Shown here: piece by piece, positions 40,395-50,510 of the stretch
Layout: each line of letters starts with the position of its first letter
Numbering within the stretch: the first letter of the stretch is position 1
Assembly: GCA_963750165.1 (NCBI GenBank)
Contig: CAVVPN010000001.1
Coordinates: forward strand, 160,001 to 224,000
Length of the DNA stretch: 64,000 nt
From: an uncultured Gemmataceae bacterium
GTDB taxonomy: Bacteria; Planctomycetota; Planctomycetia; Gemmatales; Gemmataceae
Reading direction: 5' to 3'
Program-made: the position numbers and the translations under genes
Notes under the pieces: model-generated
What the model saw: the letters and a program-made list of their open reading frames with translations, nothing else
Told to the model about the DNA's origin: nothing
Database searches by the model: none

Positions 40395-41749
40395 GCGAGC
40401 TCCTTGGCCAGGCGGATGCCGCTGAACTGCCAGCGCGCGTCCGGAGGGAAGAAATTGCGGTAGGTCTGGCGGGCGTGGCTCCGGGGCGTGGCGCAGGACG
40501 CGCCCCGCAGGACGAACTGGTTGCACATGAATTTGCCGTTGTACTCGCCCAGTGCGCCCGTAAGCGGGCGGTAGCCGGGGTAGCCGGCGTAGGGACTCGC
40601 GGTCCATTGCCACACGTCGCCGTAAAGCTGGTAAAGCGGTCCGGGGTCGTCCGCCGCACTCGATGCCGCGGGGTGAAAGTGGCCCCCCTCCACGAAGTGC
40701 CCTCCGAGTGGCACGCCGGAGGCGGCCGTTTCCCACTCCGCCTCGGTGGGCAGCCGGGCGCCGGCCCAGCGCGCAAAGGCGTCCGCCTCGTAGTAACTGA
40801 CGTGACAGACCGGCTCGTCCGGACGGATACGCCGTGGCCCTGCCAGCGTGGTCATGGACCACTCCCCGCCCTGCTCCGCCCAGTAGAGCGGAGCCTCCAA
40901 CCCCTGGGCCTGCCGGGCGGCCCAGCCGTCGGACAGCCACAACTCGGGCCGGTCGTATCCGCCGTCGTTGATGAAGGCCAGGTACTCGGCGTTGGTCACC
41001 AACCGGCTTGCCAGTTGAAAGCCGTTCAGCCAGGTCCGGTGGCGCGGCGACTCGTTGTCGAACGCAAAGCCGCTGCCGTCGTGCCCGATCCAGGCCAGCC
41101 CCGCGGGAAAGGCCAGCCAGTTCTGGCGGGGAGGCGCGCCAATCTCCAAGAGTGCCTCCCGGTAGACAGGATGGAGCGGGTTGGCGGCCCAGGCGTGTTT
41201 GAGGTCGGTGAGGACCAACTCCTGGTGCTGCTGTTCGTGATGGAGGCCCAGCAAGACCGTCGTTGCGATTTTCCCCAGGGTCTCAGTACCCGCCGCCCGG
41301 AGGAGCTGAGCCATGTGCTTGTCCACGTAAGCACGGTACCCGAACACTTCCACCACCGTGGGGCGGGACAGTAGCCCCCGCTGCGAGCGCGGCCAGCGCG
41401 GCCCCACGCTCTGGTAATATGAGTTGAAAAGGGATCGAAACCGGGGATGGAAAAGCCGATAACCCGGCAGGTGCGGCACAAGCAAGAACGTTTCAAAAAA
41501 CCACGTCGTATGGGCCAGGTGCCACTTCACCGGGCTTGCATCCGGCATGGACTGGATGACATAGTCGTCCGACGCCAACGGCTCGCACAGTGCTTCCGTA
41601 CAGTGGCGGACGGTTCGATAGGATTCCGCCAGGGCGGCGCTGTCCGCCGTGGCTGAGACGGCCTGCGACACCACAGGCTTTGGTGGAGAGACCGCCAGCC
41701 TGGTGTCGGGGCCTGCTTCCGCCTCATGGATCGAGGACAAGCTATTCAT
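40391..41749 (-). CDS. egtB: Ergothioneine sulfoxide synthase
   Basis: QSMPDASPVKWHLAHTTWFFE, FNSYY, HHEQQHQE, FDNE, RLPTEAEWE, EYNGKFM, YRNFF. Confidence 0.95.
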   Translation of the reverse strand: MNSLSSIHEAEAGPDTRLAVSPPKPVVSQAVSATADSAALAESYRTVRHCTEALCEPLASDDYVIQSMPDASPVKWHLAHTTWFFETFLLVPHLPGYRLFHPRFRSLFNSYYQSVGPRWPRSQRGLLSRPTVVEVFGYRAYVDKHMAQLLRAAGTETLGKIATTVLLGLHHEQQHQELVLTDLKHAWAANPLHPVYREALLEIGAPPRQNWLAFPAGLAWIGHDGSGFAFDNESPRHRTWLNGFQLASRLVTNAEYLAFINDGGYDRPELWLSDGWAARQAQGLEAPLYWAEQGGEWSMTTLAGPRRIRPDEPVCHVSYYEADAFARWAGARLPTEAEWETAASGVPLGGHFVEGGHFHPAASSAADDPGPLYQLYGDVWQWTASPYAGYPGYRPLTGALGEYNGKFMCNQFVLRGASCATPRSHARQTYRNFFPPDARWQFSGIRLAKELA

Positions 41750-42207
41750 TGGCAATCCCCTCCTGTTTCTGCTTTCACCATTCGACTCAGAACCACATTC
41801 AAGGCCTCGGCCTCGCCGTCGCTCAGGTAGCTTCCGAAGTGCTCCGCGATGGCTCGGACGAACACTGCTCTCGCCCGCCTCAACTCGTCCCGCCCCCGAT
41901 CCGTCAGGACGGCGCACGATCCTCGCCGGTCCCGAGCCTCCCCCTCCCGACGCAACACCCCCGCCCTCTCCAGCCGGTTCGCCAACCGGGTCACCCCACT
42001 CCGGGTGAGGTGCACGGCTTTGGCCAGCTCGCTCAGCCGGAGGCGGTTGCCGGGGGCCTCGTGGAGCAAGCGCAACACGTTGTAAGAGTCGAGAGGCAGA
42101 GAAGTCGCCGCCGCCAGTTCGCGGCCGACCCGCTGCACCAGGAGCGCATGAGCGGCCATGAACGTCCACCACCCCGCCAGCCTGGCGTCCTCGGCTTCTG
42201 TGGTCAC
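41746..42207 (-). CDS. MarR-family regulator
   Basis: LRLSELA..VHLTRSGVTRL.NRLE, DRRG; overlaps the egtB start. Confidence 0.9.
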   Translation of the reverse strand: MTTEAEDARLAGWWTFMAAHALLVQRVGRELAAATSLPLDSYNVLRLLHEAPGNRLRLSELAKAVHLTRSGVTRLANRLERAGVLRREGEARDRRGSCAVLTDRGRDELRRARAVFVRAIAEHFGSYLSDGEAEALNVVLSRMVKAETGGDCQ

Positions 42208-42448
42208 GGTTCGCCCCTCAAGAGGCTTCGCGAAATGGTTGACTGGGCAACTACCGCGCCTACACTACCTATGCTCGCCCGCGGCCCGGAATTCCCCACC
42301 GGGCGAACTGGGACGTTAAATCCACAGGCGATGGGGCCATCCATCGGGGCGAGAAGCGCCGGTCCCCAGCCTACCTCTCCTTCGTCCATCCAGTTGACGG
42401 CCGTTGCCACCACCGAGCCACGGGCAAGGAAAGCCGCCCACTACCTTC

Positions 42449-42474
42449 AATGCCGTTTGGCCGGCGGACGCACA
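42449..42474 (-). promoter_or_regulatory. Putative ECF promoter, copy 2
   Basis: TGTGCG-TCCGCCG-GCCAAACGGCATT, upstream of marR-egtBD. Confidence 0.65.
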
Positions 42475-42560
42475 GAAAACTCAAGAAAATGGCCGAAGTT
42501 CTGGCGCGGCGGGCCTGAGCGGCAGGGCAGCCGGTCGCGATGAAGGCAGGGGATCGATAG

Positions 42561-43140
42561 ATGCCACCAGACCCCTCATTTGACGAACTCATCCGCCGGG
42601 TGGGCAGCGGCGATGAACAGGCGGCAGCCCGGCTCGTGCGGGACTTCGAGCCGGTCGTTCGCCGGGTACTGCGCGCCCGTCTCCGGGCCCCCCGCGCGGC
42701 ACGAATTCGATTCCCTGGATATTTGTCAGTCGGTGTTCGCCATCTTCTTCGTGCGCGTAGCCGCTGGCCAGTACGACCTGAAAGAGCCCGACGACCTGAT
42801 CAAGTTGCTGCTGACCATGACCCGCAACAAGGTGGCCGAAAAAATGCGGCGGCAGCACCGCCTGCGCCGCGACAGTCGCCGCACCGTAGGCGGGGTCGAA
42901 GAGCTGGCCCTGGCGAGCCAGGATCCGACTCCGAGCAGTGTGGTTGCGGGCAAGGAGTTGCTCGAACAGGTGCGGCAGCGCCTGAGCGAAGAAGAGCGCC
43001 ATCTGGTTGAGCTGCGCGGCCAGGGCCTCAGCTGGGAAGAAGTCGCTGCTTCCCAGGGCGGCACGGCCGGGGCGCGGCGCAACCAGTTGGCCCGTGCCCT
43101 CGACCGGGTCACCGTGGAGTTGCGAATCGACGAGATCTGA
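42561..43140 (+). CDS. ECF sigma factor, kinase-associated (frameshift ~42690)
   Basis: LIRRVGSGDEQAAARLVRDFEP, then FDSLDICQSVF, DPTPS, GLSWEEVA. Confidence 0.87.
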
Positions 43141-43213
43141 TTGGAGAGTTCCGAAATCCCAAGAGGGTACATGCCGTCCGTTGCGGGTTTCGGCTTTTCA
43201 AAGGGGGAAAGCG

Positions 43214-46200
43214 ATGTCCGACACGCCGGATCGTCCTTCTGATTTGTCCCGCATCTTCGACGAGTTTCTCGTCAGGCGCCAGCGCGGCGAGTCGCCGAGC
43301 CTGGATGAGTACTGCCAGCGCTTCCCCGATCTCGCGGGGCAGCTGCGGCTGCATGTCGGACTCTACGACGCCCTGGACCCGGTCGGGCCGGCAAGGGACG
43401 ATCCCGCCTCCGGGCCTGGAGAGGATGCGCCTGGCGTCGCCCTGCTCTCGGGGCTGAAAACGGGCCCGCCGGACGACGCGCTCCCAGGGCCGCATACTGC
43501 CGGCCTGCCGCATGTCCCGGGCTACGAGGTGGAGACAGTGCTCGGTTGCGGTGGCATGGGCGTCGTCTACAAGGCCCGGCACCTGGCCCTCAAGCGCACC
43601 GTCGCTCTCAAGATGGTCGCGAGGGGCCATCCCCACCCTGCCGAGCAGGCACGCTTCCGGGCGGAGGCTGAAGCCGTCGCCCGACTACAGCATCCGAATA
43701 TCGTTCAGATTCACGAAATTGGCGAAGCGGACGGACGGCCGTTTTTCGCACTGGAATACGTCGCGGGCGGCTCGCTGGCCGAGCGGTTGGCTGGGCAGTT
43801 CATGCCTCCGTTGGCTGCGGCACGGTTGGTGGCGACGCTGGCTGAGGCCATGCACCTGGCCCACAGCCGCAACCTGGTTCACCGCGACCTGAAGCCCGCG
43901 AACGTGCTTCTGGTCGGCGGGGGCGACAGGCCGGTCGATCAGTGCCAGCCGAAAGTGACCGACTTCGGCCTGGTGCGGCAGCTGGACGCCGACTCCGGTC
44001 AGACCTGTGATGGCATGGTGCTGGGGACGCCCAGCTACATGGCGCCTGAGCAGGCCGAGGGTCGGGCTGGTTCCGCCGGTCCCGCCGCTGATGTGTATGC
44101 GTTAGGTGCCATCCTCTACGAATGCCTGACCGGGCGGCCACCCTTCAAGGGAGCGACAGCGCAGGAGACCCTGGAGCAGGTCCGTAGCCGAGAGCCTGCC
44201 CCCTTGACCTCCCTGAATCCGCAGACGCCGCGCGACCTGGAGACAATCTGCCTGAAATGCCTGCGGAAGGAACCTGAGCGGCGTTACGCCAGTGCCCGGG
44301 AATTGGCCGACGACCTGGGACGCTTCGTGCGCGGTGAGCCAGTGGCGGCGCGTCCGGTCGGGCGCCTGGAGAGAGTCGCCAAGTGGATACGCCGCAACCC
44401 GACGGTCGCCAGCCTCTCGGCCGTGGCGGCGCTGGCGCTCGTGGCAGGCACTGTCGTGTCCCTGGTGTTCGGCGTCGAGGCGAGCCGACAGGCGGATGAT
44501 GCACGCCAAAAGGCGGATGAACTGGGGCAGCAGACGATCCAACTCCAGGCCCAGACCCATGCGGCACAGGAGAACGCTCGGCTTGCCAAGGAGAACGAGA
44601 AAAAAATAGGCCAGGTGCTGGTGTCGGGGCTGTTGATCCCTATCGGCCGCAACCCGCACCAACTCACATTCCCCCTTGATGTCATCGAGGGGAGCGCCCT
44701 GCGCGAGCTCAGGGCGATTTCTCCCGAGCTTCGCGTGCAGTTCCTGGAGACAGCACTGCGTGACCGCGACAGGGCGCGGCGTGTCGGGCGCCGGGCGGAC
44801 TGGATTGTTCAGGCGATCGTCGGGGGCGACCGCGCCTTGCGCGGCAACGTGGCATCTCTGGTCGTCCGGCGTATTCAGGAGCCGGACGCGCCGCCGGAAG
44901 CGCGGTTCGCCTGTGCCCGCCTCGGAGTGGCAGTGAACGTCACGGATCGCGTGTGGGCGGAGCATGCAGCGGACGCACTCCTGGTTGTGCTGCGCGACCC
45001 GCAGACCGATAAAGCCGATTTCCCCTTGTTGGCCGAAGCGCTCGCTGCCGTGTGCGAACACCTGGCGCCCAATCAGGCCGCCGACCGTGCGGCGGCTGGG
45101 CTGGACATCTTCCTCGGACCGCTGCGAAACTCCCAGGGCAAGGTGGAGGACGACAAGGCACTCGGTCGAGCCATCGTGGCGATTAGCCCGCGGTTGGACA
45201 CGGCGACGGCAGCCCGTGCGGCCGAAACGCTGACGGGCCTCCTTTGCCACCCCAAGAGCGTCCCGTTCAAGTCGCCTCCCCTCGCCACCGCACTGGTTGC
45301 GGTCTGCCAGCGATTGCCCGCCGCGGATGCCGCCGCCCACATCAACCGGTCGGTGGATTTCCTCATCGCCGGGCGCAAGACCACAAAAGCAATCGAGAGA
45401 TCGAACTACATCTTCCTAACGATGGCCCTGGACCCGATGTGCGAAGGCCTTGATGCGCCCCGGGCGTCTCGCGTGGCTAACGCGATCGTCGCCATTCTCG
45501 GCGACCGTCAAATGGTCGGCGACTACAAGCTCGAATACATTCGTTCGGGCCACATCACCGTTCTCACCAAGGCGGCCAAGTGCCTGGATCCGCCCGGCGG
45601 CCTGCAAGCGGCCGAGGATTTGGTTCTCGTCCTGCGCAAGGCAAACAGCATCGTAATGACCAAGGACGAACTAAGAGCGGCTATGGTGACGCTGTGCGGG
45701 CGTTTGGATACGGCCGGCTCGGCGCGTGTGGCGGAAGCCATGACCGCTGCCGTTCGAGATCCGAAGACCACCATGCTGGCGCGTACCGTTTATGCCGATG
45801 CCTTTGCGGTAATTGCCGTCAAGCTCACGCCAGCGCAGGTTGCTTCGCTCGAAAGAACGCTGGTTGATTCACTGTTGGCCGACATGAACGATGCGAAGTC
45901 GCTGCCCTTCTCGGGACTTACGGTAAAAGCACTGGGGACGACCAGCGGCCGCCCCGGCGCGACAAGTGCCCCCCGCGTCGCCGAAGCCCTTGGCGCGGCC
46001 ATTAGCGATTCACTGACTCCGCTTTCAACCCTCGACACGCTAGCGGCGGCTCTCACGGAGGTCTGCGCCCAACTGCCGCCACGGGAAGCCTCGACTCGCG
46101 TGAACCGGACCCTGGACGTGCTAGAATCCCTCTGGAAAGCCAGGACGGCGCCCAGGGACCGGGCGTCGATCGCCGCGGCACAGATGGCCCTGTGGAAGCA

Positions 46201-46771
46201 CCTCGACCGTGCCGACGCCGATGCCCGGGCACTGCAGGCGGCGGCGTACCTCGTTGGCGCGCTGCGGGATCCCAAAACCCCAACACAGGATATCTTCGCC
46301 CTCGCACTCGCGCTGTCAGCCGTCTATGACCACATCGATCCTTCCGAGCGGTGCCGGCATGCAACCGCCGGCGCGGACGCCCTCGTCGCTGCGCTCCGAA
46401 ATGCCAAGAACGAAACGGTCTCATCCGTTCGCCTGTCGCAAGTGCTCGCCACGATATCGGTCCATCTGGACCAACCCGGCGTCGTCCGGATCGTCGACGC
46501 GATGATCGCCCTTATGGACGATCCCAGTGTTCAACCCAGCCCTTCGGGACTGGTTCCGTCGACGCGTTTGGACCGATTCGTGCCGTATGAGCCGCTGCTC
46601 AAGAAAGTTGCCGTTCGTCTCGACGAACGCGACCTTCAGCGGCTGCTGGCCCATCCGATCGCGGTAGGTGATCTGCAGCGCACCTTCCTTGACGCTTTGC
46701 CCGGAGCGCAGAAGCACTCCTTCCGAAACGCCTGGCACTACCTCGATTGGACCAAATCGAACGGAAACTGA
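43214..46771 (+). CDS. Ser/Thr protein kinase with TM helix and helical-repeat C-terminus
   Basis: LGCGGMG, HRDLKPAN, DFG, GTPSYMAPE; TM after IRRNP; recurring LRDP(K/Q)T...LA.AL motifs. Confidence 0.93.
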   Translation: MSDTPDRPSDLSRIFDEFLVRRQRGESPSLDEYCQRFPDLAGQLRLHVGLYDALDPVGPARDDPASGPGEDAPGVALLSGLKTGPPDDALPGPHTAGLPHVPGYEVETVLGCGGMGVVYKARHLALKRTVALKMVARGHPHPAEQARFRAEAEAVARLQHPNIVQIHEIGEADGRPFFALEYVAGGSLAERLAGQFMPPLAAARLVATLAEAMHLAHSRNLVHRDLKPANVLLVGGGDRPVDQCQPKVTDFGLVRQLDADSGQTCDGMVLGTPSYMAPEQAEGRAGSAGPAADVYALGAILYECLTGRPPFKGATAQETLEQVRSREPAPLTSLNPQTPRDLETICLKCLRKEPERRYASARELADDLGRFVRGEPVAARPVGRLERVAKWIRRNPTVASLSAVAALALVAGTVVSLVFGVEASRQADDARQKADELGQQTIQLQAQTHAAQENARLAKENEKKIGQVLVSGLLIPIGRNPHQLTFPLDVIEGSALRELRAISPELRVQFLETALRDRDRARRVGRRADWIVQAIVGGDRALRGNVASLVVRRIQEPDAPPEARFACARLGVAVNVTDRVWAEHAADALLVVLRDPQTDKADFPLLAEALAAVCEHLAPNQAADRAAAGLDIFLGPLRNSQGKVEDDKALGRAIVAISPRLDTATAARAAETLTGLLCHPKSVPFKSPPLATALVAVCQRLPAADAAAHINRSVDFLIAGRKTTKAIERSNYIFLTMALDPMCEGLDAPRASRVANAIVAILGDRQMVGDYKLEYIRSGHITVLTKAAKCLDPPGGLQAAEDLVLVLRKANSIVMTKDELRAAMVTLCGRLDTAGSARVAEAMTAAVRDPKTTMLARTVYADAFAVIAVKLTPAQVASLERTLVDSLLADMNDAKSLPFSGLTVKALGTTSGRPGATSAPRVAEALGAAISDSLTPLSTLDTLAAALTEVCAQLPPREASTRVNRTLDVLESLWKARTAPRDRASIAAAQMALWKHLDRADADARALQAAAYLVGALRDPKTPTQDIFALALALSAVYDHIDPSERCRHATAGADALVAALRNAKNETVSSVRLSQVLATISVHLDQPGVVRIVDAMIALMDDPSVQPSPSGLVPSTRLDRFVPYEPLLKKVAVRLDERDLQRLLAHPIAVGDLQRTFLDALPGAQKHSFRNAWHYLDWTKSNGN

Positions 46772-46891
46772 ACCGACGCGCCGCTGCCGGGGTCGAACCG
46801 CTGACTTTCGGCAACAGTCGAGTAGCTTGTGATGATAATCTGTGGCATCACCATCCTGTTTCGAGTGTCGCCTTTTCCGGGGAGGATAGCC

Positions 46892-49500
46892 ATGTCCGAC
46901 ACGCCGGGCGATTTGTGCCGAAGTCCGGAATCTTCGGCGGAGGGCCCCGTGGCGTGGTTGTCCGCCCTGTGGCGACAGGGTCAGGAGCCTGACCTGAAGG
47001 AGTTCCTGGCCGGAGCCGGTCTGCTCAACGCCGCAGAACTGACGGACGTGCTCTGCACCGACCAGCGCCAGCGGTGGTTGTACGGCCAGCGCCCCGAGGT
47101 CGAGGCCTACCTCGCGCTCCACGGCTCCTTCCACCCCGGTGCGGAACCCGCCATTGACCTGGTCTTTGGCGAGTTTCTGGCGCGACGCGAGCTGGGCGAG
47201 TCCCCGACCCTGGACGAGTATTGCCGGCGCTTCCCGAAACTCGCGGGGCAGCTTCGTCTACACATCGATCTCTTCGACGCCCTGGGGTCGGTCGGGCAGG
47301 CAAGGGACGACCCCGCCTCCGGGTTTGGGGAGGATTCCTCCAAAGCCTCCCACGCGGCTCAAACGCCTGCCGTCGCTGCGGAAGGCGGGGGGCAGAGCAC
47401 GGATGTCGGAGAACGGTTGGCGGCCGGTCTCTCTCCCCTCTCTCGGTTTTCTCCTGCCGTTTTCCCGGAGTTGCCGGGCTACGAAATCCTGGGCGAGGCT
47501 GGCCGCGGTGGCATGGGCATCGTCTACAAGGCGCGCCAGCTCAGCTTGCAGCGTCTGGTAGCAATCAAGATGGTTCTTTTTGGGGGGGAGGGGACGAGCA
47601 GATCGCAGCACGATTTCACCAGGAGTTCCTCCTGGCTGGCCGGCTGGCCCACCCAAATCTGGTGGTGGCCTACGACGCGGGCGCAGTCACCGGGCTTCCC
47701 TACTTCGTCATGGAATTCGTCGATGTTGCCGGCCTTGACGGACTCGTGAGGCAGCGGGGGCCGTTACCCGTGGCGGAGGCTTGCGAGGTAGTTCGGCAGG
47801 CGGCCCTCGGGTTGCAGCACATCCATGAGCACGGCCTGGTCCACCGCGATGTCAAGCCGTCCAACCTGATGCTCACGCCCTCCGGTCAGGTGAAGCTGCT
47901 CGACCTGGGCCTGGCGCGGCTGGTGAACGAGCAGGGTCGGGAAGGACAGATCACCACGTCCGGGCAGTTCCTGGGCACTCTCGACTACATTGCCCCCGAA
48001 CAGTGCGACAACAGCCACGCGGTCGATATTCGCGCGGACATTTATAGTTTGGGCTGCACGCTGTACCACCTCCTGGAGGGAAGGCCGCCCTTCGCCGCCC
48101 CGGACTTTTCATCTCCTTATCAGAAGCTTAAGGCCCATGCCGAGGTATCGGCGCCGCCGATCCGCCAACGCCGGCTGGACGTCCCAGAGCAACTGGCAAC
48201 GGTCCTGGCGCGGATGCTGGCCAAGGATCGCGATGGCCGGTTCGCCACCCCCGCGGAAATCGTCGCGGCCTTGCATCCATTTGCAGCAGGCGCGGACCTC
48301 CCGAGTCTGTTTCGCACTGAAGGCGCGCGGCTTCCACCGATGGCCCTGACCGTTCGCACGAGCAGTCTGCCACTATCTGTGGGAGTGTTGCATTCATTCT
48401 CGGGGACGATGGTCCTCAGCGAGGGCCCCGTAGCCGATGCCACGCTCCTGGCAATCGAGGAAGTCAATCAGCGAGGGGGAATCCGGGGAAAGAAACTCGA
48501 GGCCTTCGTTTGCGATTGCCGGTCGGATGAGCCAACGTTTGCGCGCGAGGCCGAGCGGTTGATCACCCAGGAGAAGGTCTGCGCCCTGTTCGGTTGCTGG
48601 ACCTCCGCCAGCCGAAAGGCGCTCCTCCCCGTCCTCGAGCGACACGACCATCTACTTGTTTACCCGGTGCAGTACGAGGGCCTCGAACAATCCCCTAACG
48701 TCGTTTACACCGGCGCTACCCCCAATCAGCAGATGCACCCGGCCGTTCGCTGGGCCTTCGACTCCCTGGGTGCCCGCCGGTTCTTCCTCCTGGGATGGGA
48801 TTCCGTCTACTCGCACGCGGCGCACGCCGTTATTCGGGAGGAGCTCACGGCACTCGGCGGCCAGATCGCCGGGGAGGAGTACCTCCTGCCCGCGAGCCCC
48901 GAAGTCTCCGGGGTGGTACGGCGAATCCTCGAAACCCAGCCGGACGTGATCCTGAACACCGTGGTCGGCGATCGCAACATCCCGCTCTGCCGCACACTGC
49001 GAGCGGCCGGGGCGACGCCTGGCAAGCTGCCAACGATTTACTTCAGCGTGGGCGAGGTCGAACTGCGGCATTTCGCGGATCGGGAGATAGTCGGGGACTA
49101 CGCCGCCTGGAATTACTTTCAGAGCCTTGACCGGCCGCAGAACAAGAGGTTTGTCAGCCGCTTCCGACAGCGATACGGCCCGCAGCGTGTCCTCTCCGAC
49201 CCGATGGAAGCGGCCTATCTGGGGGTCCACCTCTGGGCGCAGGCTGCAGAGTCGGCGGGCGGCGGCGACGCACGTGCGATTCGGGAGGCCCTCCGGAACC
49301 AAAGTTTCGACGCGCCGGGGGGAGTCGTGCGGATCGATCCCGACAACCAGCACACCTGGAAGACCGCCCGGATTGGCCGGGTGGTCGATGGAGGGCAATT
49401 CGAGTCAATCTGGACTTCGGAGACCACAATACGACCGGTTCCTTTTCCCAACTCTCGGCCCGCCGCCGCGTGGCACGTCCTGCTGGCCGAACTTTTCTAG
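46892..49500 (+). CDS. Ser/Thr kinase fused to a UrtA/AmiC-type ligand-binding domain (frameshift ~47585)
   Basis: GRGGMG, HRDVKPSN, DLG, APE; then VGVLHSFSGTM, FGCWTSASRK, YPVQYEGLE, GATPNQQ, AWNYFQSL, DPMEAAY. Confidence 0.88.
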
Positions 49501-49547
49501 AGATGGGACGGGAACTGGTCCAATCCTCATGCCGAAGGGATGTCGTT

Positions 49548-50389
49548 ATGAACCGCTTCGTGGGTAATCTCACTGAGATCTGGCGCTATCCCGTCAAGTC
49601 CATGCTCGGCGAGCAGATGAGCGAGTTGGCGATCGGAGTCGGTGGCGGAATCGGCGACCGCGCCTGGGCGCTCCGCGACCTTGAAAGCGGTCGGATCGCG
49701 AGCGCCAAGAAATACGCCCGGCTGCTCGAATTCCGCGCGACCTACGAAGTCGCACCGACCAATGATGGTCCCGGCCGCGTGCGGATCGAGGCCCCGGGTG
49801 GTCGGGTCATTTACCCCGACGAGGCCGGGGCGTCCGAGGAGATCTCCGCCGAGATCGGCAAGCCTTTGCGTCTGGAGCGCGCCCGAGCGCATCGTCGCGA
49901 AAAGACGGGGATCGACCCGGCCACGGTCTTCGGCGACGTGCCCGTCGAGAATCTGAAACCCGAATACACGGCCCAAACTCTCCCAGACTACTTCGAATTG
50001 ATGGAGGGCACGTTCTTCGAGGTGGCCGCGGTTCACGTGCTTGCGAGCGGCTCGGTCGAACACCTGCGCCAACTGCAACCGGGGGCAGCGATCGACCGGC
50101 GCCGCTTTCGGCCAAGCCTCTACATCGAGACCGGGGCCGAGTGGACTGGCTTCGTCGAAGACGAGTGGCTGGGGGCACTCTTGCGGTCGGTGCGACTTTG
50201 CGGATCGACAGCATGCAGCCCGCCCTCGGGTGCGTGACAACGACCCTGGCACAAGGTGACCTTCCCCGGGATCTCAGCGTGCTCCGGACCAGCGCGAGAC
50301 ACCATGGGGGCTGCGTGGGCGTCTTCGGCGCGGTCCAGGCCCCCGGTGGTTTGGTCCGAATTGGCGACTCCGTATCGCTGAGCAAGTAA
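49548..50389 (+). CDS. MOSC-domain protein with MOSC_N (frameshift ~50175)
   Basis: IWRYPVKSMLGE, GDRAWAL, RRFRP, EDEW, GCVTTT. Confidence 0.87.
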
Positions 50390-50419
50390 AACGCGTGTGT
50401 ACGGAGTTTTTCAATTCCG

Positions 50420-50445
50420 TGTGCGGTCTACAGCCAAACGGCATT
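50420..50445 (+). promoter_or_regulatory. Putative ECF promoter, copy 3
   Basis: TGTGCG-GTCTACA-GCCAAACGGCATT, 65 bp upstream of ATG 50511. Confidence 0.65.
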
Positions 50446-50510
50446 CAGGAAGGTGAAAAGCAACTCAGGGCAGATGTCCGGCAGCGCAGCCCAAACGAAG
50501 GGAGGCTGAG

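Noticed and set aside
40391..41749. Selenoneine (SenA) or ovothiol (OvoA) synthase
   Set aside because: No SenB/SelD-like neighbours, no C-terminal methyltransferase domain, and it is paired with egtD.
46780..46810. tRNA T-arm-like sequence on the minus strand (GTCAGCGGTTCGACCCCG)
   Set aside because: Too short, with no anticodon or acceptor stem; likely chance.
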